Shown here piece by piece: positions 9,168 through 18,947 of a stretch of DNA of 34,627 nt. Under the pieces are notes generated by a model that had not been told where the DNA came from, ran no database searches, and worked only from the letters and a program-made list of their open reading frames with translations. This DNA comes from a virus. Lineage: Duplodnaviria; Caudoviricetes. The position numbers and the translations under genes were made by a program. The stretch covers positions 1-34,627 of IMG/VR virus record IMGVR_UViG_3300020043_006768; one strand, 5' to 3'. Numbering within the stretch: position 1 is the stretch's first letter; the number at the start of each line of letters is the position of its first letter.

Positions 9168-9482
9168 TTGAAAACCATTGACTTCATACAAGCAAAGCTG
9201 GCAAGTTTCAATGTCGAATTATCCGACATTGAGCTAAAGGCTTTGCTTGTTGACAACGGAATTTCGGAAGCGGATACGTATGAAACCAAAGCCGCTAAAA
9301 CGGCACTGGTGGGCATTATTCCAGAATTGCTTTTGAAGCCTGACATTACCGAAGGCGGATTTTCAGTCAAGTGGGATAAAGGGGCAATTATGAATTATTA
9401 TGGTTTGCTCTGCAAAGAACTTGGTTTAAAAAATCAACTAATTGAACAGCCGAAAGTTAAAAACAAGTCCTATTTATGGTAA
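9168..9482 (+). CDS. Head-tail adaptor protein
   Basis: 104 aa directly after capsid, TTG start, PDITEGGFSVKWD motif. Confidence 0.65.
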   Translation: MKTIDFIQAKLASFNVELSDIELKALLVDNGISEADTYETKAAKTALVGIIPELLLKPDITEGGFSVKWDKGAIMNYYGLLCKELGLKNQLIEQPKVKNKSYLW

Positions 9483-9793
9483 AGCAATATCCATACACTC
9501 TACAAAAACTCGTATTGCCTAATTCGGTTCAATCTGTGGATGGCGACTTTGAGGGAATAGAGGGTTCATGGTGTAACGTTTGCAAATGCCGTGATGAAGA
9601 CACGAGACCTAAACCTTTTCAAAGCGTGGATGGTCAAACAGTTTCAGCTTCTCATTTGATTCAATGTCCTCTTGGAGTTTCTGCTTTAGAATCTGGTACG
9701 CAAATTCGAGTTATGGATGGTACGCAAGTAAGGCTTAGTGGTCAAGTGATTTATTCATCAAAAAAGCAATTACACACTCAGGTATGGGTTTAG
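9476..9793 (+). CDS. Head closure / head-tail joining protein
   Basis: 105 aa, beta-rich, in connector position. Confidence 0.6.
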   Translation: MVKQYPYTLQKLVLPNSVQSVDGDFEGIEGSWCNVCKCRDEDTRPKPFQSVDGQTVSASHLIQCPLGVSALESGTQIRVMDGTQVRLSGQVIYSSKKQLHTQVWV

Positions 9794-10233
9794 TTCCGAT
9801 ATTTACCAATGCCCAAGTAGCGGCAGAAATTGCTTTGAGGCTTCAAAGGATTCATCAAGCAATTATTGCCGCACTGAAACGCCTTGGTGAAGAATGTGTA
9901 AGAGTTGCCAGAATTGAGGGTAATTATATTGACCAAACTGGTAATCTTAGAAGTAGTATTGGCTATGTTTTGGTGGCAAATGGCGTAATCGTTGACAGTA
10001 ATTTTGATACGGCCAACTCTGACCAAGACGGCAAAGGAGTTGCCACAGGCAGGGCTTTTGCTGAGGAAAAGGCAAGACAATACAGTACAGGTTACGCTTT
10101 GATAGTTGTTGCAGGCATGAATTACGCTGCTGCCGTTGAATCACGTTCGAGAGACGTTTTGACGAGTTCAGAAATATATGCCAAACAACGATTACCAGTA
10201 ATGTTAGCCGCCCTAAAATTAAATATCAAATGA
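9784..10233 (+). CDS. HK97 gp10-like neck/tail completion protein
   Basis: DQTGNLRSSIGY and AGMNYAAAVE motifs. Confidence 0.8.
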   Translation: MGLVPIFTNAQVAAEIALRLQRIHQAIIAALKRLGEECVRVARIEGNYIDQTGNLRSSIGYVLVANGVIVDSNFDTANSDQDGKGVATGRAFAEEKARQYSTGYALIVVAGMNYAAAVESRSRDVLTSSEIYAKQRLPVMLAALKLNIK

Positions 10234-10634
10234 GAACCACCGCAGAAATGACACAAATCCTTTACAACGTTTTGAACGCTTCAACGCTCAAAACAACTGT
10301 CAACGGATTGATTTATAAAGGAGAAAGACCGATTAATTCTGTTAAAGAAGACGTGGTAATTGCTCCAATAACCGTTTCGGGTTCTGATAAGCAAATAGGG
10401 GTTGCAAACGTCAATATTTACGTTCCTAAGATTAACCAAAAAAGCGGTACAACTACTTCTTTAATGAAGGACACAAAAAGAATCAGCGAGATTTTGCCAG
10501 TCGCCAAAGATGCTTTGAAATTGAACACAGGTGTTGATTATTCGTGTTGGTTTGAAACTCAATCCGAATTTGACGAGCCAACAATCAATCAAACAAGACT
10601 GGTTTTTAGGATAGAGTTTAGATTATTCATGTAA
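10230..10634 (+). CDS. Tail terminator protein
   Basis: 134 aa just upstream of the tail tube; RPINSVKEDVVI, ANVNIYVP. Confidence 0.65.
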   Translation: MRTTAEMTQILYNVLNASTLKTTVNGLIYKGERPINSVKEDVVIAPITVSGSDKQIGVANVNIYVPKINQKSGTTTSLMKDTKRISEILPVAKDALKLNTGVDYSCWFETQSEFDEPTINQTRLVFRIEFRLFM

Positions 10635-10653
10635 TTAATTTTAAGAAAATATC

Positions 10654-11175
10654 ATGGCAAATGTAACAACAACAGGCTTAGCGGCCTTTGAAGTCGGCGA
10701 AATTGCAGTTGATGGCGGTATCGCTACCACTTGGGCGTCGCTCGGCTTAATTGCTGAGGGTACGGCTTCGTTTAATCAGGCTGACGGTACAAAAACACAG
10801 TTCTATGCTGAACAAGTGGATTTGGCGGTTTTTGAAACCACGAAACCAGGGGATGCAACTTTTAATTTTAGTTTGGGCTTTGCTGACCTTACTCAAATTC
10901 AAAAAGTTATGGGTGGAACTATTACGGGTACAGGCGACTCTTTGAAGTGGGCAGCACCTGCACAGATTCCTGTTATCCTTACTTCAATTCGTATCGTTCC
11001 GACGAATGGCTGGGTATTGAACATTTGTAAATGCTCAATTTCGGCGAAAATCTCTGGGGGTTTCAGTAAGACTGACAACATGAAAATTGAGTGTATCGGT
11101 ACAATTTTGAATCCCGACAAAGCAGGTGAACCAGCTTACAGCTTTACTACTTTGGCGGCATACAACGCTGAATAA
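10654..11175 (+). CDS. Major tail (tube) protein
   Basis: 173 aa, Gly/Thr-rich beta protein, followed by a terminator and the chaperone. Confidence 0.75.
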   Translation: MANVTTTGLAAFEVGEIAVDGGIATTWASLGLIAEGTASFNQADGTKTQFYAEQVDLAVFETTKPGDATFNFSLGFADLTQIQKVMGGTITGTGDSLKWAAPAQIPVILTSIRIVPTNGWVLNICKCSISAKISGGFSKTDNMKIECIGTILNPDKAGEPAYSFTTLAAYNAE

Positions 11176-11201
11176 GCCCTTTGACTTTTGAATCCCATCC
11201 C

Positions 11202-11234
11202 GAAAGCCTCCGAAATCGGGGGCTTTCTTATTTT
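11202..11234 (+). terminator. Rho-independent terminator after the tail tube gene
   Basis: GAAAGCCTCCG-AAAT-CGGGGGCTTTC stem (one G-U) followed by TTATTTT. Confidence 0.75.
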
Positions 11235-11245
11235 ACAAAAACCTT

Positions 11246-11821
11246 ATGGAAGAAACATTCGACCCGAAAAAGGCAGAACTAAACGAATCTCAAAACCTCA
11301 TCGAAAGAGGTGTTGAGTTTACTACGCCTAAAAAAAGCATTCTAAAATACTTTTCTAAGCAAAAAGAAAGAAAGTTCGTCATTCGTCAACCCTATATTGG
11401 AGCGTTGGATTTGATGTGTTATGAGTTTTTGCAGACTGAAATTGACGAGCAACTACTTCAAGGCGACCCTTTGAGCGAAGCAAAGAAATTGACCGCTAAA
11501 TCAGCAAAGCGTTTGGCCGCCATTGTGGCTATTGCCGTTTTAGATTCGTGGTGGAAAATCAAGCTATTCAAAGGTATTTTGACGACCTATTTTTTGTGGC
11601 GAATCACTCCTAAGAAACTACTTGACATTGCCCTCATCATTAACCAGATGTGCAATTTTGCGGATTTTATCAACTCTACTCGATTGATGTCAGTAACAAG
11701 AACGACGATTCCGACTCCGACAACTCCGAATCAAGTAGAGGAAAAACAAAAGGACTCCAAAGTCCATACGGAGCGAGAGGGTCGATTTGTTCCCATTTCG
11801 GATGGAGTTATAAGTATGTAA
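11246..11821 (+). CDS. Tail assembly chaperone (gpG-like)
   Basis: Between tail tube and tape measure; overlapped by a -1 frame ORF. Confidence 0.75.
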   Translation: MEETFDPKKAELNESQNLIERGVEFTTPKKSILKYFSKQKERKFVIRQPYIGALDLMCYEFLQTEIDEQLLQGDPLSEAKKLTAKSAKRLAAIVAIAVLDSWWKIKLFKGILTTYFLWRITPKKLLDIALIINQMCNFADFINSTRLMSVTRTTIPTPTTPNQVEEKQKDSKVHTEREGRFVPISDGVISM

Positions 11822-11976
11822 CATGGGGGATTCGGTGGGCAATTATACAAAGAATGTTGATTGATGCACCATCCTACGAGTATAAAAGTGATACTGATAG
11901 CCAAACGACAGAAAAGCTGAAAGGCAAAGAGCAAGAAAACAAACAAAAATTAACGGACTTTTTTAAGAACTTATAA
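11740..11976 (+). CDS. gpT-like chaperone extension, probably reached by -1 frameshift
   Basis: -1 frame ORF (11650..11976) whose protein-like part (GLQSPYG..HFGWSY..WAIIQRMLIDAPSY) has no good start and ends 1 nt before the tape measure ATG. Confidence 0.6.
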   Translation, partial: GKTKGLQSPYGARGSICSHFGWSYKYVTWGIRWAIIQRMLIDAPSYEYKSDTDSQTTEKLKGKEQENKQKLTDFFKNL

Positions 11977-11977
11977 T

Positions 11978-14900
11978 ATGAACGGTACTGGCCCCCTTTC
12001 TTTTGATGCTGTAATCAATAATAGCAATTTCAAACGTCAGATTGACGAGATGCAACGGTCTATTCGTGGATTTTCTAATACTGCTGTTGCTGAAACGCAA
12101 AAAGTTGATTCAGCACTGGCAAATGTCGGAAGACTGGCGGCTGGTGCGTTTGCCTTTACGCAACTGGCTCAATTGCCTGGTCAAATTGTTCGGATTAGAG
12201 GAGAGTTTCAGCAGCTTGAAATTGCCTTTACGACGATGCTGAAAAGCAAGTCAAAGGCCGACAAATTACTTGCTGAAATTGTCAAAACTGCCGCTACAAC
12301 TCCTTTTTCTTTGAAAGAAGTTGCCACAGGTGCAAAACAGCTATTGGCGTATGGTTCAAGTGCTTCAACGGTTGTTTCTGAAATCAAAACTTTGGGCGAC
12401 GTTGCGGCTGGCGTATCTGTTCCAATTGGCGAATTAATCTATTTGTATGGTACGCTAAGAACACAAGGCAGGGCTTATGCGGTTGACATTCGACAATTCG
12501 CAGGCCGAGGAATACCAATATACGAAGAGTTGGCAAAAGTTTTGAAAATCAATTCGAGCGAGGTTGCTAACTTCGTGGAGGCTGGCAAAGTAGGCTTCAA
12601 AGAGGTTGAACAGGCGTTCAAAAATATGACATCCAATGGCGGTATTTTTGAGGGATTGACTGAGAAAACTTCTAAGTCATTGACTGGCTTGTTGTCAAAT
12701 CTTGGTGATGCCATTGACAGGGCGTTCAATAAAATAGGTGAAGGTCAAGAGGGATTACTTGCTTCGGGAATTACTACTGCCACAGGCTTAGTAGATAATT
12801 ATCAGAAGGTTTTGGATATTTTAACAGTTATTATTACCACATACGGAGCTTATAAAGCGGCGGTTCTTTTGGTTAATGCAGTAAAAGCAGCCGAGGCAAC
12901 ACAGTACGGTGTTATTGCCGCACAAATAGATAGAGAGTCTGGAGCTTATGCAAGAGAAATCGCATTAAAAGTAAAAAGTGCAGAAGCTACAGCCGCACGA
13001 ACTGCCGCTATCTCAGCGGAACTTGCTGTACAATCGGCAAGTGCAAAAACTAACTTGGACCTTCTCAGAACAGAGGTTTCATTATTGGCAGTTAAGCGAA
13101 CAAATGCCATTGAGTCAGCAAAATCCGCACTTGCAGAGGTTGCGGCTTCGAGGGCTAAATTAGCAGCCGCAGAGGCTAATTTAGCAGCAAACGCCACCGC
13201 TATAAATATTAAAAAGGTAGATATTGCACAAAATGGTTTGCTAATTGCCTCTGAAAAAGCTGTAACTGCTCGAAAAGCGGCCTCGGCTGTATCTGCTGAT
13301 TTTTTGGCAAAGAAATTGGCTTTAGAATCGGCTGCAAAAGCTACAAATACAATAACAACACAAGCAGGAAATGCAGCATCTGTGGCAAGCATTGCAGCCA
13401 CCAATGCAACCGCAATAGCAAGTACAAGACTTACGGCTGTTCAAAGCCTACAAGTTGCAATAACAAGAAACTTAGCTGCTGTTCAAGCCGCTTGGAATGC
13501 TACTTTGCTATCTAATCCAATAGTTTTGTTTACGGTTGGATTGGTTGCCGCAGCAGGTGCAATTTACCTTTATAGCCAAAGGGCAACCGCTGCCGAACTT
13601 GCCCAAAAGGGTTTTATTGACTCAATGGACGAGTTGAATACCAAAAAGCAAGAGTTGGTTTCAAAAACGGACTCACTTGTTTCAAAAATAAGGAGTGAGA
13701 CAAGTACAAAATACGACCAAATTAAGGCATATAATGAGCTACAAGGGCTTTATCCTTTTGTACTAAAAAACATGACCTTACAAGAGTTTCAGACACTAAA
13801 AACTGAGGAGGCTCAAAGGAAATTTAATAGTTCTATTGATGACTTTCAATCCAATGGACTTATTGAAAAAATAGCAGAAGCAAATGCAGAAATTAAAAAG
13901 TATGAAAAACAATTAAGTTTTTTACAAGATTCTAAAACTGGATTTGGTCAAGCAGGTCTTACTATACCTATATCAGATTTAAAAGAAAAGATTGAAAAGG
14001 CAAAAATAGAAGCAGAAAAACTGAACAAAGAACTTGAAAGAGAAAAAGAGCTTCTTTTTCAAGCCAATGCCCCCTTACAAGACCAAATAAGATTCTATGA
14101 AGAAAAAACGAATCTACTAAAAAAACAGATTGACCAACTTTTAAAAGTAATTGAATTAGAGGAAAAATCTGCCGTTGGAGGTAAAAACATGACCTCAATC
14201 TTTGCCAGAATAACACTTGAAAATCTTAATAGTCAGTTAGGGCAAACAGAAAATATTTTAAATTCAATAAACAAAAAAGGTGGCGTAAATAATGGTGGAA
14301 ACTTTCAGTTTTTTACTGATTTGAAGAAAACCAATGAAGAGAATTTAAAATCACTCGGAATTAATCAGAAAGGCTCAAAAGAATGGAATAAGTACACCTC
14401 TGAAATTGCAAGGGCTGACAAGGCACTTGAAAAGTATAATACCACTTCAAAGTCAAGAAAAGGTGATGAGAAATTTGCACAGGGGAGTTTGAAAGAACTT
14501 GACCAAATAGCATCAAAAGCCAAAGAGGCACTTGAAAAAACAACAGGTTCTAATTTTAGTCAAATTCAAAAATTGAATAAAACTCGCTTTGATGCTGAAC
14601 AAAAGGCGATTGAGATTAGAAAGAACCTTGAAATTAGGTCTTTCGATGAAGAGGTTGAGTACAAGCGTTCCCAATACGAGTTATATAATAAATGGGTAGT
14701 ATTTCAAGGTCAAGAGGCCGCCGACAAACAATTTGCTGACCTCATTAAATCGGGAGCGACTTACAAGGCTTTCCTTGAAAATCAAATTGCCACGCTCGAG
14801 CAAAAGGTAAAAGCAGGAACGGCAACCACACAGGACAAGCAGAACTTAGTAAAGGCACAGGTTACACTCGATATTGACAACGAGGGGCTTGACAAATACA

Positions 14901-16786
14901 AGCAACGAATCACGGAGATAAAAGACGAGGTAGGTTCTTTGACTGAGTATTTGGCGGTATTGAAAGCCGAACAAGAAAAACTTAGTGGTGGCGACGTTGA
15001 CAAAGTTAAGTTTTTGGTTGACCAAATACGTGCAGCCGAAAAAGAACGTTCACAGTTATTCAAGCAATTTGCCCTTGAAAATAATCTTAATGAGGCAAAA
15101 AGCGTAGAAATAAAGAAGTATTACGATGATTTAAGGCTCGAAAACGATAAAAAGTACATTGATAAGAAAAGTAAAGCCTATCAAGATGGTGCCAACGCTA
15201 TAAACAAAGCTGAAAAAACTGAACTTTCTGAACTGGCCATTGCCGACTTAGAGAAAAATTCGGCTGTTTACAAAGAATTAACGAAGGTCGTAAGAATTGA
15301 AAATAGAAAGCAGTTATTGCTTGAAATTGACAAACATAAAAAAGCACTCAAATTGCTTGAAGCACGAGGAGCTAAAGAAACACAAATCTACAAAGAAAAG
15401 GGGCAAGAATTAAAAGACCTTGAAAGGGATTTGTTGACAGGTGACTTAGCAACTGTAAGTGAATTTGCCAGTGTTTTCGGCTCAATCGGCCAAGAGTTAG
15501 AGGGTATGAATGGTGCGTTGGGTCGAATGGGGGCAATACTTACTAATGTTAGTTCATTAGCTCCGCAAATTATGAGCCTTATGTCTGGGCTTACCACTCC
15601 CGAACAAGCTGCAATTCAAGGCATTCAATTAGTTGCTGATGTAATCTTGACAATTGCCAAAAATCGCCAACAAAATAAGAAGTTTGAAGACGAGTATTAT
15701 AATTCGATAATTAGCCAACAAAACCAATACAATTTGGCTTTGAATGAGCAAATAAGGCTCAATTCGGTTAAGAATGGTAATCCTTACGTAAAAAATTACA
15801 AAGGGATAATTAGTGATGGATTAGCGGCTTTAGATGGTGCAAAGAAACTTTACGAAAGTAGTCTTGACGCACTTTTTGAGGGCAAGGCAAAAGACGGTTT
15901 TAAGAAAGTTTTGAGTTTTCAAGATGGATTGAAAGCAGCTATGGGCTTAGGGGCTGTTGGCGTAATTAGTACTTTCCTATTTGGCAGAAAGGACGAAGAC
16001 GTATTTAGTCCAATTTTAAAACAGTATCCCAACCTCATCAAAACTTTGAAAGACGGCACAAGGGAATTTAATGTTGCTTTGGCCGAAACCCTTATTTCTA
16101 ACAATCAAGTTGATGATAAGACGAAGGAATTGCTACAAAATACGATTGAAAATGTCAAGGCAATGGAGGAGGCTAAACAGCAGATTAGCCAAGTAATTAT
16201 TGATTTAACTGGTACTTTAGGCGATGATTTACGAAACTCACTTGTGACTGCTTTTCGTGACGGAACAAGTGCTGCTGAGGCTTTTGGTGAAAGTGTTGGA
16301 AAGGTTCTTGAAAATATTATTTCTCAAACTCTTTTCTCGTCAGTTTTTGGTAATGCTTTTGATGCCCTAAAAAAAGACTTTGAAGCGTCCTATAATGTTG
16401 GCGGTGATGGCATAATCACGGATGATTTAACAAAATTTTATCAGACTTATCCTGCTTTAGTAAACGACTTTACAAAAGGGCTGGCCGATGCAAAAAAAGA
16501 GGCTGAAAAACAAGGATTGGATATTTTTAAAAGTGGAAATGGTTCAACTTCATCAAATAGCCTTACAGGAGCAATAAAAGGCATTACCGAGGAAACAGCA
16601 GGGATTTTGGCAGGGCAAATGAATGCTATTCGTGTTACGCAGGCACAAGGTTTACAGGTTGGGCGTGAGCAGTTGCTTGCTTTGTCGAACATTTCAAATA
16701 ATTCTAACTACTTGCCCTATTTGCAGTCGATTGACAAAAAGCTAAGTAATGTACCGCCTGACAATTTGAGGGCTGGGGGGCTTTGA
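11978..16786 (+). CDS. Tape measure protein
   Basis: 1602 aa; TPFSLKEVATGAKQLLAYG tape-measure domain, Ala-rich and coiled-coil segments, hydrophobic stretches. Confidence 0.93.
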   Translation: MNGTGPLSFDAVINNSNFKRQIDEMQRSIRGFSNTAVAETQKVDSALANVGRLAAGAFAFTQLAQLPGQIVRIRGEFQQLEIAFTTMLKSKSKADKLLAEIVKTAATTPFSLKEVATGAKQLLAYGSSASTVVSEIKTLGDVAAGVSVPIGELIYLYGTLRTQGRAYAVDIRQFAGRGIPIYEELAKVLKINSSEVANFVEAGKVGFKEVEQAFKNMTSNGGIFEGLTEKTSKSLTGLLSNLGDAIDRAFNKIGEGQEGLLASGITTATGLVDNYQKVLDILTVIITTYGAYKAAVLLVNAVKAAEATQYGVIAAQIDRESGAYAREIALKVKSAEATAARTAAISAELAVQSASAKTNLDLLRTEVSLLAVKRTNAIESAKSALAEVAASRAKLAAAEANLAANATAINIKKVDIAQNGLLIASEKAVTARKAASAVSADFLAKKLALESAAKATNTITTQAGNAASVASIAATNATAIASTRLTAVQSLQVAITRNLAAVQAAWNATLLSNPIVLFTVGLVAAAGAIYLYSQRATAAELAQKGFIDSMDELNTKKQELVSKTDSLVSKIRSETSTKYDQIKAYNELQGLYPFVLKNMTLQEFQTLKTEEAQRKFNSSIDDFQSNGLIEKIAEANAEIKKYEKQLSFLQDSKTGFGQAGLTIPISDLKEKIEKAKIEAEKLNKELEREKELLFQANAPLQDQIRFYEEKTNLLKKQIDQLLKVIELEEKSAVGGKNMTSIFARITLENLNSQLGQTENILNSINKKGGVNNGGNFQFFTDLKKTNEENLKSLGINQKGSKEWNKYTSEIARADKALEKYNTTSKSRKGDEKFAQGSLKELDQIASKAKEALEKTTGSNFSQIQKLNKTRFDAEQKAIEIRKNLEIRSFDEEVEYKRSQYELYNKWVVFQGQEAADKQFADLIKSGATYKAFLENQIATLEQKVKAGTATTQDKQNLVKAQVTLDIDNEGLDKYKQRITEIKDEVGSLTEYLAVLKAEQEKLSGGDVDKVKFLVDQIRAAEKERSQLFKQFALENNLNEAKSVEIKKYYDDLRLENDKKYIDKKSKAYQDGANAINKAEKTELSELAIADLEKNSAVYKELTKVVRIENRKQLLLEIDKHKKALKLLEARGAKETQIYKEKGQELKDLERDLLTGDLATVSEFASVFGSIGQELEGMNGALGRMGAILTNVSSLAPQIMSLMSGLTTPEQAAIQGIQLVADVILTIAKNRQQNKKFEDEYYNSIISQQNQYNLALNEQIRLNSVKNGNPYVKNYKGIISDGLAALDGAKKLYESSLDALFEGKAKDGFKKVLSFQDGLKAAMGLGAVGVISTFLFGRKDEDVFSPILKQYPNLIKTLKDGTREFNVALAETLISNNQVDDKTKELLQNTIENVKAMEEAKQQISQVIIDLTGTLGDDLRNSLVTAFRDGTSAAEAFGESVGKVLENIISQTLFSSVFGNAFDALKKDFEASYNVGGDGIITDDLTKFYQTYPALVNDFTKGLADAKKEAEKQGLDIFKSGNGSTSSNSLTGAIKGITEETAGILAGQMNAIRVTQAQGLQVGREQLLALSNISNNSNYLPYLQSIDKKLSNVPPDNLRAGGL

Positions 16787-16793
16787 TGAAAGT

Positions 16794-16844
16794 TTAATTT
16801 ATGATTGTTAAATAATTGTAAATTAAAATCTTTTTGTATATTTG
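16794..16844 (+). promoter_or_regulatory. Palindromic site and -7 box upstream of the moron-like gene
   Basis: TTAATTTATG-N13-TGTAAATTAA (16794..16826) and TATATTTG (16837..16844). Confidence 0.5.
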
Positions 16845-16873
16845 GTTTTGAATTAAAACAAACCAATTATCAA

Positions 16874-17266
16874 ATGAAAAAACTTTTTGCCTCTATGCTT
16901 TTGCTCAGCTTTTCGTTGTGTGCATTAGCATTCCCCAAAGAACAACCAGTTTTCGAGAAAGTGAAAATCGAAAAACAAGTAAAAGCGAATTTGTCGAGTT
17001 TTGAATTTGACAAAATGGCTTCAACGCCTTTAGTTGCTTTTGCCTTTCAAGATGAAAATTTCGTTTCTTGTCAAGGGGTCTGTGAATCCTATACTGACTT
17101 TACGGTTGATGACGATGAACAATACGGCGGTTGGCCTTTTCCTCTTCCAAGTCCGCCAAAGATTCCCACCAAACCGCCAGTTAGCTATATATTAAACTTC
17201 GGAAGCGAATCAAAGGCATTTCAATATTTAGAAAATGACTTAGGCAACTTTAGGCGATTTAGATAA
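16874..17266 (+). CDS. Small secreted protein (moron-like)
   Basis: MKKLFASMLLLSFSLCALA signal peptide; acidic DDDE patch then Pro-rich PFPLPSPPKIPTKPP; own promoter and terminator. Confidence 0.7.
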   Translation: MKKLFASMLLLSFSLCALAFPKEQPVFEKVKIEKQVKANLSSFEFDKMASTPLVAFAFQDENFVSCQGVCESYTDFTVDDDEQYGGWPFPLPSPPKIPTKPPVSYILNFGSESKAFQYLENDLGNFRRFR

Positions 17267-17285
17267 TAGACAAAGTTTTTATACG

Positions 17286-17323
17286 AAAAGGGTACTTGAC
17301 TAAATGTTAAGTACCCTTTTTTT
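17286..17323 (+). terminator. Rho-independent terminator, possibly bidirectional
   Basis: AAAAGGGTACTTGAC-TAAAT-GTTAAGTACCCTTTT plus further Ts. Confidence 0.85.
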
Positions 17324-17326
17324 GAT

Positions 17327-17369
17327 ATTAAATTACGGTTAGATTGTAATTCTATTTTAATTATCTTTG
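17327..17369 (+). promoter_or_regulatory. Operator-like motif and -7 box for the distal tail operon
   Basis: Reverse complement of 17327..17349 matches 6735..6757 at 20/23; TATCTTTG at 17362..17369. Confidence 0.6.
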
Positions 17370-17390
17370 AATAAAATTAAAAATAATCAG

Positions 17391-18947
17391 ATGGCAGAAG
17401 AAATATTAACCGAGGTTTCGGGAACGGAAGCCGACCTTCAATATAAACTTGATGGTGTCAATTTCTTAGATTTTGGCGTGTATGTGTCGGAATCCAACGG
17501 AATTATTGATGGTTTAGCAATAAAAGAGCCACAAATTACGGACTGGTTCGGTCAACATGGGCAGGTTGTTGACTTGGATAGTCCACGCTACCAAGCTCGT
17601 GAAATTGAATTAGAATGCTTCGTTTATGGCTCGAACAAACTTGATTTTTTTCAAAAAGTCCGTGCTTTTACTCAGGCATTTCAAAAGTCAGGCTTAAGAA
17701 CACTTGACTTGACAATTGCGAATAAGCCGCTTCGATACATGGTTTATATGTCGGACGCTATGTCATTTTCAAAAAAGTGGAACGCTGGCGGTATGGTTGG
17801 CACTTTCTCTCTCAAACTAAAAGAACCTTCACCTATCAAAAGGCTTTTGAGATATAATTTTACAAATACCCCTTTGGACAATACTGACCTTGAAAGCACA
17901 TGGAACTCAGTTTGTTACGGTGCAGGAAAGTTTGTTGCGGTAGCGAACAGTAGCACTTATGAGGTAATGACCAGTTCAAACGCTGTAATCTGGACGGCTC
18001 GCAATTCGGTATCAAACTCATGGTATGGTGTGTGCTTCGGTAATGGGCTATTCGTGGCCGTTGAAAATAGCGGTTCGGGTTCACAAGTAATGACGAGTGC
18101 AGATGGTATCACTTGGACAGGCAGTACGGCGGCAGAAGCAAATCCGTGGTATTCAGTAACTTTCGGCAACGGACTTTTCGTTGCAGTTGCAACAAGTGGT
18201 ACTAATCGAGTTATGACAAGTCCAGATGGCACAACTTGGACCGCTCGTGCCGCATCTTCAACAAAACAATGGAAGTCTATTTGTTACGGCAACGGAGTAT
18301 TCGTAGCCGTGGCCGATGATAATGGAGTAATGACGAGTTCGGATGGCGTGACTTGGACAAGTAGAACAAGTGCAGAAGCTAATTCGTGGCTTTCGGTGAT
18401 TTATGGAGGTAGCTTATTTGTTGCGGTTTCCTATGATGGCACAAATCGAGTCATGACTTCACCCGATGGCGTCACTTGGACAAGCAGAAGTTGCCCAAGT
18501 GAAAGTTGGTCGTCTGTCACTTACGGAAAAGGTATATTTGTTGCAGTTGGCTTTTCTGGGACTGGTAGCCGAGTAATGACGAGCTCAGATGGTGTTACGT
18601 GGACAAGTCGCACGAGTGCCGCAGATAATAACTGGCGTTCAGTAACTTTTGGTGGGGGCCTTTTTGTTGCGGTTTCAAGAAATGGAGTTAATCGAGTAAT
18701 GTCTTCGTCTGATGGTATCAACTGGATTGATAACTCTACGCCACTTTTTGAATTGAATTTCACAAGTCCAAACGCCTTAGATGTTTATTGGGGTGATGGA
18801 ACAGTAGATAATGACGTGTTTGGTGAAGATTTGCGATTGACACATGAATACGCAGACGAGGGCGAGTACTTAGTTACAATCGCTGGAGCAATAGAAGAAA
18901 TTACCAACTTTGAAACAACTGCTGAGGTATTATGGAACAAATATTGA
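17391..18947 (+). CDS. Distal tail (Dit-like) protein with inserted 7-repeat beta-propeller and C-terminal PKD-like domain
   Basis: N-terminus YKLDGVNFLDFGVYV...AREIELEC...LKLKEPSP; seven W-S-V-x-YGNG-x-FVAV...VMTS-x-DG-x-TW repeats; C-terminus VYWGDGT...THEY. ATG at 17391. Confidence 0.75.
   Translation: MAEEILTEVSGTEADLQYKLDGVNFLDFGVYVSESNGIIDGLAIKEPQITDWFGQHGQVVDLDSPRYQAREIELECFVYGSNKLDFFQKVRAFTQAFQKSGLRTLDLTIANKPLRYMVYMSDAMSFSKKWNAGGMVGTFSLKLKEPSPIKRLLRYNFTNTPLDNTDLESTWNSVCYGAGKFVAVANSSTYEVMTSSNAVIWTARNSVSNSWYGVCFGNGLFVAVENSGSGSQVMTSADGITWTGSTAAEANPWYSVTFGNGLFVAVATSGTNRVMTSPDGTTWTARAASSTKQWKSICYGNGVFVAVADDNGVMTSSDGVTWTSRTSAEANSWLSVIYGGSLFVAVSYDGTNRVMTSPDGVTWTSRSCPSESWSSVTYGKGIFVAVGFSGTGSRVMTSSDGVTWTSRTSAADNNWRSVTFGGGLFVAVSRNGVNRVMSSSDGINWIDNSTPLFELNFTSPNALDVYWGDGTVDNDVFGEDLRLTHEYADEGEYLVTIAGAIEEITNFETTAEVLWNKY

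Noticed and set aside
12946-13404. 152-aa Ala-rich antisense ORF and other short shadow ORFs inside long genes
   Set aside because: Explained by codon bias of the sense genes; no motifs or independent signals.
17895-18730. CRISPR-like array suggested by the ~123-bp periodicity
   Set aside because: The repeats are degenerate, in-frame protein repeats, and no cas genes are present.
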